A stretch of 31,591 nt of DNA from Candidatus Heimdallarchaeota archaeon (lineage in GTDB: Archaea > Asgardarchaeota > Heimdallarchaeia > Hodarchaeales > Hodarchaeaceae): assembly GCA_020353515.1 (NCBI GenBank), contig CP070695.1, positions 1,271,637-1,303,227 of the forward strand, in the 5' to 3' direction. The position numbers and the translations under genes were made by a program. Below, one piece after another: positions 1 to 8,059 of this stretch (position 1 is its first letter; each line of letters opens with the position of its first letter). The notes under the pieces are model-generated. The model saw only the letters and a program-made list of their open reading frames with translations. It was not told where the DNA came from and searched no databases.

Positions 1-43
1 TAAACTGCTCTTAGTAGCTGGAATTATCATAATAAGTATTAGC

Positions 44-1444
44 TTGCCAATTATGGGAATCATGGGAGGTGGAGAATCAGAAAAAGAAATAATAGCTGTG
101 TTCTTTGGTTCAAGTATGGATAAAAAAGTGAGTCAAGAGGTTGTGGCATCAACAGGAATATCAGCACGTTATTACAACATTTCTAAGATACAAGAGGACC
201 CATCATTTAAATTTGATAATGAGAGTATTGCAGCGATTTGGTGGATCAACGAATTACCTTTATCAATAGATTTAACCTTTGCAGGTGAAATAAATGAATG
301 GGAACAAGCAGGAAAAGGGTTATTTGTACTGAATCGTTATTTTAATAAAACACCACTCCAAGTATTGAAAAATTTCGGCATAAAAGCTTATGCACCAGTA
401 GTATATCCTATTAATGGGTCTTTCGTAAAACAAGAGTTGAATATAGTAGAAAACGAATCAATATTAACTTCAAATATCACTACTTTTGAAGTCAACTGTA
501 GCACAGCATGGGTAGAGGTTGATAATCAAATACAGATGCTGATGGAAGTTAAAAAACCTGAAATGGAACCTTTTTTGAATGATTTGACATCAGGTATTTG
601 GTTTGTAGACAGCCGTGTCATTGTAGGTAGTTTTTCGATCGAAATACCAATAGAAATTCCAGACTCCCAATTTAATTTACATGAGATAGATCAAGCCACA
701 TCAACAGAGATGATTGATATCTTAGGTCAACTTGTACAATTAACAATAAGGAGTTTACCCTCCGATAATGGTATTCAAATTCAGTTTGGAGATGTGAATC
801 AATTAACAACAATGGGTCTCGTTGTAATCGCGAGTGTTTTATCCATTCTCGTTTTGATAAAGGTAGGAGTGATATCAAAAATACGTGAAATCGTGGTGGG
901 AGGTTTATTGAGTTTATTCTTATTTTTCGCCCATATTGCTTATTCACCACAAAGACGACGAATCAATGAAACCGAACTCTTAGAAAATGAATTACGAGGC
1001 CAGATTGTACATTTCTTAACAGTGAAGGGGGAACAAGGGGCGCACTTACGGGAGATTCAAAGAGAAATAGGATGTGGGATTTCTTCCTTATTATGGCATT
1101 TACAAGCATTAGATGATTTTAATTTGATAACCCATGAGAAGATTGGAAAATATCATATTTTTTACCTTGTTGGGGCGAAGTCTGTTCAAATTTCAGAGAT
1201 AGCCTTGGCTCTCAAAAGTGATGTGGCAAAAGAATTGTGTCGTGTGCTGATAAGGAAAGGAAAACCTTTATCATTATCAAAAATCTCACAAGAAATTGAT
1301 GTTCATCACTCAAGTATTCAACATCACATTAAAAGATTAGAAGAATTAGGAATTATAATTTCGTTGAAGGAAAAGAAACGATCTAAGTATATAGTTGGCC
1401 CAAAACGTTTATCTTGGTTAAAGAGTCATTTGGAGGTGGCTTGA
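44..1444 (+). CDS. Membrane-anchored protein with two C-terminal winged-helix (ArsR/MarR-like) DNA-binding domains. The reading frame is open back to window position 2, so the true N-terminus may lie upstream of the window.
   Basis: 466-aa ORF. Hydrophobic helices MGLVVIASVLSILVLIKVGVI and VVGGLLSLFLFFAHIAY are followed by a basic stretch (SPQRRR). Two wHTH-like segments follow: LREIQREIGCGISSLLWHLQALDDFNLITHEKIGKYHIFYL and LSLSKISQEIDVHHSSIQHHIKRLEELGIIISLKEKKRSKYIV. Codons 2-43 read KLLLVAGIIIISIS, a further TM-like segment. Confidence 0.6.
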   Translation: MPIMGIMGGGESEKEIIAVFFGSSMDKKVSQEVVASTGISARYYNISKIQEDPSFKFDNESIAAIWWINELPLSIDLTFAGEINEWEQAGKGLFVLNRYFNKTPLQVLKNFGIKAYAPVVYPINGSFVKQELNIVENESILTSNITTFEVNCSTAWVEVDNQIQMLMEVKKPEMEPFLNDLTSGIWFVDSRVIVGSFSIEIPIEIPDSQFNLHEIDQATSTEMIDILGQLVQLTIRSLPSDNGIQIQFGDVNQLTTMGLVVIASVLSILVLIKVGVISKIREIVVGGLLSLFLFFAHIAYSPQRRRINETELLENELRGQIVHFLTVKGEQGAHLREIQREIGCGISSLLWHLQALDDFNLITHEKIGKYHIFYLVGAKSVQISEIALALKSDVAKELCRVLIRKGKPLSLSKISQEIDVHHSSIQHHIKRLEELGIIISLKEKKRSKYIVGPKRLSWLKSHLEVA

Positions 1445-1498
1445 ACGAAGGATAAAGGCCTACACAGACGGAAAACATGGCTTCTGGGAATTTGTTTA

Positions 1499-3076
1499 GT
1501 GACAATAGCCATGGGAAGTACAATATCAGGTGTGGGAATAACAGGGTATCAGTTCAGCCAACTGGATCCATTTTTTGAGAAGAAATTGTTTGGTTTAGTA
1601 TTTGATTACAATCCTAACGCACCAATAGATCAGAATCTGTGCCTAAAAACAGATCTAATGAATCAGACACAGTATAAGAATGATGATCCAGATGGAGAGG
1701 AAGATAATATCATTGCTTTAGTAGGACATAACTCTCAAGAGATCAAATCTGCCTTTTTAGCATTACAACAGGTGAAACGGACACAAGATATCATAATTGA
1801 TACTATTGAGTGGCAAACCATAGTCCCATTTGCGAAATATTTACACCAGTTTACTCTCCCCTCTGGGGAAGAGGTCATCTTAGGACAAGACTTCCTTGGA
1901 ATGGCACTGAAGCTTAATGGAAGCGGTTTTAATCCTACAGATTATCAACTCGGATACGCTAATGTCCCGTTGGATTTTTTAGAGTTTATAGTACCAGAAA
2001 GTGGAGATTCTTCTCTTAATTTATCAGTAGAGACATCTATCACGATCCAAGAAACCACAAATGAGCTCCAAATTAATCTAATTTATTCCAACGTGACTTT
2101 TTTATTCCAAACAGATAATATTGATTTAGAAAATATTTTTGCCTTAGAATTTGCAGACCATTTAATAATAGTCCAGTTTGATAGGATCGAATTTTCCAAC
2201 ATTTTTAGAAAATATTCTCACCATGGGACTTCTGGCGTGGAGACTCTATCCGAAATTAGAATAGGAAACACTTTGAATCTGATAATTAATGAGGAGCTTC
2301 CACAAGATCAAAATTGGACCAACGCTTTTGATTATGAAATTCAAGAGGATTTTAGAGGTTTAATACCAATACAAGAGACATTCTCATTGTATCAAGGTTC
2401 AGATATTAAGAATCGTCTACAACAGTTCTCTGATATTTCATTCTCTATTATCACAGCACAAAATATTGGTGTACTGAACGGAACTCAGGCTGTAGACAAT
2501 TTTAGAGTATTGATTGATGATCAGAACAGAACTTCAAGAGAGATTGACCGTAATAGTTATCCTGTAAAAGAAGAGATTACAGTGCTTCATGATGAGCAGC
2601 TGCTATTTTCAACCCAAGTTAAAGGACGAAATTTTGCACAGCAGGATGATATTCTCTCTTTAGTTCCAATAGAAACACAAGTAATTGCATTAGATCAGCA
2701 AAGTGGGTTTGCAGAGAATCTTTTATTCCTACAAGAAACCTCTTTACTAAAAGAACTGGTTGCTGAATGTGTTAAACGATTTATAAGCAATCCAACAGTA
2801 TCTACATTAGGAACCAATGAAATTATTAACAAGGGAGGATTGGATCTTATGTCAGCACTATATTATCAAGATTTTCAACTTAAAGGATGGACTGGGTCGG
2901 GTTTTAAGATAAATTTAATTCAATACGCAGTCAAGACTCGTTCATCATCTTCTATCAATACAAAATTAAGTCAACTCACACTTAGTCCAACTGTGTCAGA
3001 ATTATTAGGGTTTCTAATTCTAGGAGTTATTATTATACGAAGAATGAGAACAAAAAGAAAGCGTAAAAATCTCTAA
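1499..3076 (+). CDS. Surface or secreted protein of unknown family with a C-terminal TM anchor and a polybasic tail. The start codon is uncertain.
   Basis: 525-aa ORF with many N-x-S/T sequons (NQT, NGS, NLS, NVT, NWT, NGT, NRT). The C-terminus reads LLGFLILGVIIIRRMRTKRKRKNL. A signal-peptide-like n-region (HRRKTWLLGICLV) lies upstream of the GTG start, in the same frame. Confidence 0.55.
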   Translation: MTIAMGSTISGVGITGYQFSQLDPFFEKKLFGLVFDYNPNAPIDQNLCLKTDLMNQTQYKNDDPDGEEDNIIALVGHNSQEIKSAFLALQQVKRTQDIIIDTIEWQTIVPFAKYLHQFTLPSGEEVILGQDFLGMALKLNGSGFNPTDYQLGYANVPLDFLEFIVPESGDSSLNLSVETSITIQETTNELQINLIYSNVTFLFQTDNIDLENIFALEFADHLIIVQFDRIEFSNIFRKYSHHGTSGVETLSEIRIGNTLNLIINEELPQDQNWTNAFDYEIQEDFRGLIPIQETFSLYQGSDIKNRLQQFSDISFSIITAQNIGVLNGTQAVDNFRVLIDDQNRTSREIDRNSYPVKEEITVLHDEQLLFSTQVKGRNFAQQDDILSLVPIETQVIALDQQSGFAENLLFLQETSLLKELVAECVKRFISNPTVSTLGTNEIINKGGLDLMSALYYQDFQLKGWTGSGFKINLIQYAVKTRSSSSINTKLSQLTLSPTVSELLGFLILGVIIIRRMRTKRKRKNL

Positions 3077-3290
3077 AAAAAGATTAATTTCACATTCTCA
3101 AATCAAAATGAAGCAATTACGATCATTACAAACAAATAAGGCTGGAATTAACATTATACACTAATTAATCTCAGGATTTCGTGAATACAAAGGTTTAAAG
3201 GGAATTAAAAATCATTTTTTACTTTTTTTGGCGGATTTTTGTTTCGCACATTTTTTTAAAGGATGATAAATGCATAGTTCTTAGGCTAAT

Positions 3291-3345
3291 TTCTCGACTT
3301 TTGAGGTAACTCAGAAACTTGACTTATGAGTTTCATAGTCGAGAA
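3291..3345. promoter_or_regulatory. Nested inverted repeat upstream of the PGF-CTERM protein gene, possibly an operator or a 5'-UTR hairpin.
   Basis: TTCTCGACT (3291-3299) is the exact reverse complement of AGTCGAGAA (3337-3345). An inner 6-bp repeat pairs AACTCA (3308-3313) with TGAGTT (3327-3332). The element lies 44-98 nt upstream of the ATG at 3389. Confidence 0.3.
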
Positions 3346-3388
3346 TTCAATTAAATTCATTTAAAAGTTATTTAGGTGAAATCTAAAA

Positions 3389-5086
3389 ATGAAAAAACAA
3401 AAAATATTGATTATACAGTTGGCATTGTCTACAATTGCTATCTTAACTAGTTCGATAATTTTTTCAGCTGCTAATACAACGTCTCCTACTGAATTCATTC
3501 TCTCTCATGACTTTAGTGAAGATTATTTCTCTGAAACAATCGATGTTCCACTTAAACCATACTTCCCTGATGATAACGCCTCTGTCTTTATATCTTATGT
3601 TAATTCATCAGGTATTGAATTGTTGTACTCTGGATTAGAAAAAGTAGAAATGGATCTTTATCTCAGTGATGTTTTTTCCACTACAGCTATGGAAGCCATA
3701 AAAAATGCTGGTTTTAGTGACCAACCGATTGCAAATGTAAATGCGACATCACCCTTTCAATTTCTAATTGAACATTGGACAACAACAGAAGATGGTTCAA
3801 CTTTTTCAGAGAAATTCGTTACAAATGATTTTGTTGGAATTATTGCATACTCCACTACTCCAGAAGATAAAATCTTGGATCCTGAAGACACTATCTACGT
3901 TGGATACACACTTGCTCTCAATCAATTAACTGAAGCTCTTAACACAGTAATCACAGACCCCTCCCATGGTTATGATCCTATTCCTCGCTATGATGTTGAA
4001 ACTACCTTTGATGTTGTGAACACAAACGAAATTCATTTTGGAATCAAATATACCAATATGGTGACATTTTGGCAAAAAGTAGACGAAAGTGCTTTTGATC
4101 CACTTAAAGATGTTCCAAGCATATTATTAAGAGATGAAATAGAAAAATTAAAAGCAATGACTGCTGGATTTCACGCAGCAACAGTATTTGACTACCTAGC
4201 TTTTGACTACGAAGTAACGTGGTCCGAGGACACAAGTGGGGAACTTCCAGAAGTTACAACCGACGTTATCACCCATTACAATATTGGGGAAGTAAGTTGG
4301 TTATTCACAATGGACTCTGGAACACCAATTGACCCAGAGTACTCTGACTCGTTCAAGGAATCATTGATTTATGAAATCGATCTTCCTGGTAGTGGAATAT
4401 CCGTCCCTTATCTAGGAACAATTCCTGATAAACTATCTCATACATTTGATATCGAAGCTTATCCATTTGATGATGCACAAGCACGTATAAATGATTCGAA
4501 TGGTTTTGGTTTTGCAGTAATGACACAGACTAATTCTTATGGATTATCATTTGAAGAAACCATCTGGGATGATGGAAGTCTCACGATTTCAGCAGGAGAC
4601 GATTTTCAAACTTCTTTTGTTGGAAAAAACACCTATAAATTGAAAGGTGTTGAAGAGCTAGGTTTCAATCCTGATACGGATCGTGAAGTCACTCTTCTTG
4701 CTGAGAAGCAAGCAGATATGAGTCATGTAACTACTCCCTTGGTGAAAGGATATTTAGATATTTCTCACGGACTCTATCACGACTTTATAAAGTGGATACT
4801 GGACGTTGGATTTGGTTATACACAAACCTATGAATACAGGGTTGGCCAAGCAAATTACTTGACTCTCACTCAATTCGGTGATTGGGTAGGCGGAGAAATC
4901 ATCCACGATCCCACCTATTCCGCTGTTGCCGCTATGGCTGCTGAACCTCCAGAATCGAGCTCTACACCAGAAGAATCTAGTGAAGAACACGAAGAATCTA
5001 GTGATGGTGTTCCTGGATTCGAGATTCTCTCAGTATTGCTAGGAATTCTTCCTGTCTATGCGTTGTACCGTAAACGACGCCGATAA
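3389..5086 (+). CDS. Cell-surface (glyco)protein with an N-terminal signal peptide and a PGF-CTERM-type archaeosortase sorting signal.
   Basis: N-terminus MKKQKILIIQLALSTIAILTSSIIFSAANTT has the shape of a signal peptide, and the protein has many N-x-S/T sequons. An acidic Ser/Thr/Pro/Glu linker (EPPESSSTPEESSEEHEESSDG) is followed by VPGFEILSVLLGILPVYALYRKRRR. That is a PGF motif (nt 5012-5020), a TM helix and a basic tail. Confidence 0.75.
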   Translation: MKKQKILIIQLALSTIAILTSSIIFSAANTTSPTEFILSHDFSEDYFSETIDVPLKPYFPDDNASVFISYVNSSGIELLYSGLEKVEMDLYLSDVFSTTAMEAIKNAGFSDQPIANVNATSPFQFLIEHWTTTEDGSTFSEKFVTNDFVGIIAYSTTPEDKILDPEDTIYVGYTLALNQLTEALNTVITDPSHGYDPIPRYDVETTFDVVNTNEIHFGIKYTNMVTFWQKVDESAFDPLKDVPSILLRDEIEKLKAMTAGFHAATVFDYLAFDYEVTWSEDTSGELPEVTTDVITHYNIGEVSWLFTMDSGTPIDPEYSDSFKESLIYEIDLPGSGISVPYLGTIPDKLSHTFDIEAYPFDDAQARINDSNGFGFAVMTQTNSYGLSFEETIWDDGSLTISAGDDFQTSFVGKNTYKLKGVEELGFNPDTDREVTLLAEKQADMSHVTTPLVKGYLDISHGLYHDFIKWILDVGFGYTQTYEYRVGQANYLTLTQFGDWVGGEIIHDPTYSAVAAMAAEPPESSSTPEESSEEHEESSDGVPGFEILSVLLGILPVYALYRKRRR

Positions 5087-5093
5087 TCTCCCC

Positions 5094-5113
5094 TCTCTCT
5101 TTTTTTCCTTTTT
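5094..5113 (+). terminator. Oligo-T tract downstream of the surface-protein gene, a putative archaeal intrinsic terminator.
   Basis: CTCTCTTTTTTTCCTTTTT begins 8 nt after the stop codon. Confidence 0.35.
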
Positions 5114-5410
5114 AATTAAATAATCTTCTTCAGAGTTTTCTTTTTTGATGCTAATACTCTTGTTGAATCGATCTTAAGGATCATAAATGGGATTATATAA
5201 AGTATAGATTTCGAACCTAGTCTGAAATTAGGCAATAAACATTCGACTAGGTGGAAAATTAATAATTTCTTTAAACTATAGAATATCTTAAAATTTATAA
5301 AAATGAACATAAGTATAATTTTTAATGTACTATTTAAAAAGGAATGAACACACTTCAATTCCGACAAAGGACCAATTAATAATAAGGTATCTCAAGTAGG
5401 ATGAACAATC

Positions 5411-8026
5411 ATGGCTTTAATAGATCCATTATTAGATCCAGTTAACCTTTTTGTCTCTTTACTTCTGACATTCTCTCCCATAATCATTCTATTCGTACCA
5501 TATCTCTTCACGCGGCGAAAGGATGAAAATTTTTTCGCTGTCATCTTTAATCGTGCTTATCTCGGGTTTATTGTGTTTTATTTGGCATACTTCATTATTC
5601 CCAGCATTTTGAACGCTATAGTACCAAATCCAACTCAGTATATGGATCAAGAATATTATCCAGTTACAGGAACAAATGAATACAGTAGCATTTGGGATTC
5701 ATCTGCTGTTGATGAGGAAACACTAAATGACTTTCTAACATTAATTGGTTTGCCAGGAATACCTTTATTAGTTAAATACATGTTCCAACATTTTGTAAAT
5801 TCAATTGTTAATTATTTATATTATCCAATCATAATTCTAGCGTTTGTTTTTGGCATTTCACCAGTTATTTCAATGATTATTTTGTTATACCAAACATGGG
5901 GTGAGAGTCGAAATGAAAAAAAGCCACTGAAACGGCTAATAAAACAAAATCAGGCTGAAATAAAACTTCTTCAAAACAAACGAAAATTAGCTAGCGAAAC
6001 TGAGATTCCAGAGATAACCCATGAAATAAATACACTTGAAAATGATGTCAATAATTTGCAACAGCAGCTAACAGAAGGACGGAGTGTCACTGAAAGATTA
6101 CAAGAAATACAATTTGAAATGGAAGTTTCACCTTTTCAGGAAATTACAAAACGGGTGAAGGAAAAGGAGTGGGGGAATGAAAGAGAATTACTGAAAGTAC
6201 TCATTGCAATCCTACCCATTACCTTATTTCTTCTGATGACAATCCTTCAACTACTAGGAGAAACTGAAAATCCAAGTTTACTACAAGGAACAGCGATGGG
6301 ACATTTTCTAGAAATATTCTTTGCTTATATTGCTTCAATAGTATTCAGTGTTTATCTTATAAAAGCAAGTCGGTTATCAAGAAAAGGTAAGTTCTTAGGA
6401 AATCAACTCTATGTTGCAATGGTTCAGAGCTTATCGACTGTAGGTGCATTTATGTCAGGACTCGCAGTTATTCTCTTTCTGGTTCAATATTTTGACCAAA
6501 TCTTTGTAGTTTCTTATTTCGTTGCATATTTTATTATGGTTTCAATATTTTTTGTACTTTTTTTGGATATTTTTGAACCTTTCTCGATTTATTTGTTGAT
6601 CAAACTCATTGAGACATTTAAAAATTTCAAATTGGCAGTTGAACGGATCAACTCTGCTAATATAGCGAAATCAGCTGTATTGGGGATAATTATTGGTTTC
6701 CTTTTAGCTATAGGTTTTCTTGTTTATCGTGTCATAGTTTCAGGATTGTTTCCTCGAAATATTGATACAGTACAATATAGTACTTTCTTTTGGTTTACTT
6801 TGAATTACGTAAGTTTTCTTTTAAGTGCAGCATTAATTCTATTTATAAGAAGATGGAATTGGAGTATTTTTACAACCACGTTGATTGCATATTTGTCAAT
6901 ATCCTCAGTCAGCCTCTTACTCTTTTTGTGGTATGATGAAGCTCTTTATAGATTAATACCATTTCTAAATTTAGATAATCCAATTTTCATCATTGACGCT
7001 GTTCCTTTAATACCGCCGTTTATCACACTTACGTCAGGGCTCGCTGGAGGAGGAGAACGGCTCCAATGGTACACAAATATCTGGAAGGAAGGTGTCTATG
7101 GTGATATACATTTTATTATTCCAGAATTACATCGGATTCCAGTAATTTGGAAAGGAGAGGGCGGCATTTTCCTTGGTCTTTTGTCCATTCCTTATAATCT
7201 CCTTCATCCTCTAGCAATAATATTGACATATGGCAGCATTCTATTTTTGGTAAGACGGAAGTTTCATATTAGAACACAGAAAAGTGATTTAGAAGGAGAA
7301 GAAAAAATTCAATACAGGTCAGTCTATTCTGATATAGGAAGACTTCCCAGTTTAAATGAACTAGAAAGGAAATCAGACATAATTTCAATCGGAGCAACTC
7401 CAGTTGATGATCCAGAAATAAACCAAAAATTAGAAGAAGCATGGGTAGAGATTGAAAGAGGGCATCAGTTACGTGATGCAATAACTGGAAAAGTAGAACC
7501 TCTTAATGAGTTAACGAGGAAAAGTGGATTAAGTACTGTGGAGATTCATCAAATCTTAGATAATCTGACCTTTGATATCGATATCCCATTCAACCAAGTT
7601 TTGACTGTCTTGCATAGAGAATTTTCGTATTCATTTGAAGAGGTAACAATAGACTCCCTTCATGTTATGATGCTGGATGGACGGGCAGTATTATCACATA
7701 CTTTTGCAACCGAATCACAGGTTGAACCAGCGTTGGTAGCTGGTCTTTTTTCCGCAATTACTTCTTTCGCGAAAGAAGCGGTACGAAGTGAACAGTTATT
7801 AAAGACAATAGATCATGGTGATGTTGTTCTAACCATTGAATATGCAAAATGGGTCTTTGCTGCGATTTTTGCAGATAGTACATCTACTGAATTACGAAGA
7901 AAACTAGGAGATTTTTTGACAAGCTTTGAGGCAAGACATGCAAAAACCCTCCCAATATGGTTAGGAGATCTTGACATATTTAAGAGCGATGTTAAAATCA
8001 TTGATGACGTTTTCTCTGCTTTATAA
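5411..8026 (+). CDS. Large polytopic membrane protein with an internal coiled coil and a cytosolic C-terminal roadblock/longin-like domain.
   Basis: 871-aa ORF with more than 12 hydrophobic helices. A charged coiled-coil segment is present (KKPLKRLIKQNQAEIKLLQNKRKL...LQEIQFEME). The C-terminal ~250 aa are soluble. They end in LHVMMLDGRAVLSHTFATESQVEPALVAGLFSAITSFAKEAV...VVLTIEYAKWVFAAIFAD (nt ~7649-7948). Confidence 0.7.
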   Translation: MALIDPLLDPVNLFVSLLLTFSPIIILFVPYLFTRRKDENFFAVIFNRAYLGFIVFYLAYFIIPSILNAIVPNPTQYMDQEYYPVTGTNEYSSIWDSSAVDEETLNDFLTLIGLPGIPLLVKYMFQHFVNSIVNYLYYPIIILAFVFGISPVISMIILLYQTWGESRNEKKPLKRLIKQNQAEIKLLQNKRKLASETEIPEITHEINTLENDVNNLQQQLTEGRSVTERLQEIQFEMEVSPFQEITKRVKEKEWGNERELLKVLIAILPITLFLLMTILQLLGETENPSLLQGTAMGHFLEIFFAYIASIVFSVYLIKASRLSRKGKFLGNQLYVAMVQSLSTVGAFMSGLAVILFLVQYFDQIFVVSYFVAYFIMVSIFFVLFLDIFEPFSIYLLIKLIETFKNFKLAVERINSANIAKSAVLGIIIGFLLAIGFLVYRVIVSGLFPRNIDTVQYSTFFWFTLNYVSFLLSAALILFIRRWNWSIFTTTLIAYLSISSVSLLLFLWYDEALYRLIPFLNLDNPIFIIDAVPLIPPFITLTSGLAGGGERLQWYTNIWKEGVYGDIHFIIPELHRIPVIWKGEGGIFLGLLSIPYNLLHPLAIILTYGSILFLVRRKFHIRTQKSDLEGEEKIQYRSVYSDIGRLPSLNELERKSDIISIGATPVDDPEINQKLEEAWVEIERGHQLRDAITGKVEPLNELTRKSGLSTVEIHQILDNLTFDIDIPFNQVLTVLHREFSYSFEEVTIDSLHVMMLDGRAVLSHTFATESQVEPALVAGLFSAITSFAKEAVRSEQLLKTIDHGDVVLTIEYAKWVFAAIFADSTSTELRRKLGDFLTSFEARHAKTLPIWLGDLDIFKSDVKIIDDVFSAL

Positions 8027-8059
8027 CCCCAGATTCAAGACATTCCTTGAAATTAAACC

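Noticed and set aside
1442-1444. Selenocysteine decoding of the in-frame TGA between ORF 44-1444 and ORF 1499-3076
   Set aside because: Archaeal SECIS elements are GC-rich hairpins in the 3' UTR. The 3' flank (3077-3388) is AT-rich, and its only notable palindrome (3291-3345) does not look SECIS-like. Nothing about the local peptide context suggests a redox site. Plain read-through, an alternative start or a sequencing error remain open (see findings).
4970-5004. Direct repeat GAAGAATCTAGTGA x2 (4970-4983, 4991-5004)
   Set aside because: This is simply the low-complexity EESS(E/D) linker preceding the PGF-CTERM signal. It is not a regulatory or mobile-element repeat.
5116-5367. 83-aa minus-strand ORF in the spacer before the 871-aa membrane protein gene
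   Set aside because: The region is extremely AT-rich promoter or terminator sequence. The I/K/L/F/N-dominated translation is what AT-rich DNA yields by chance.
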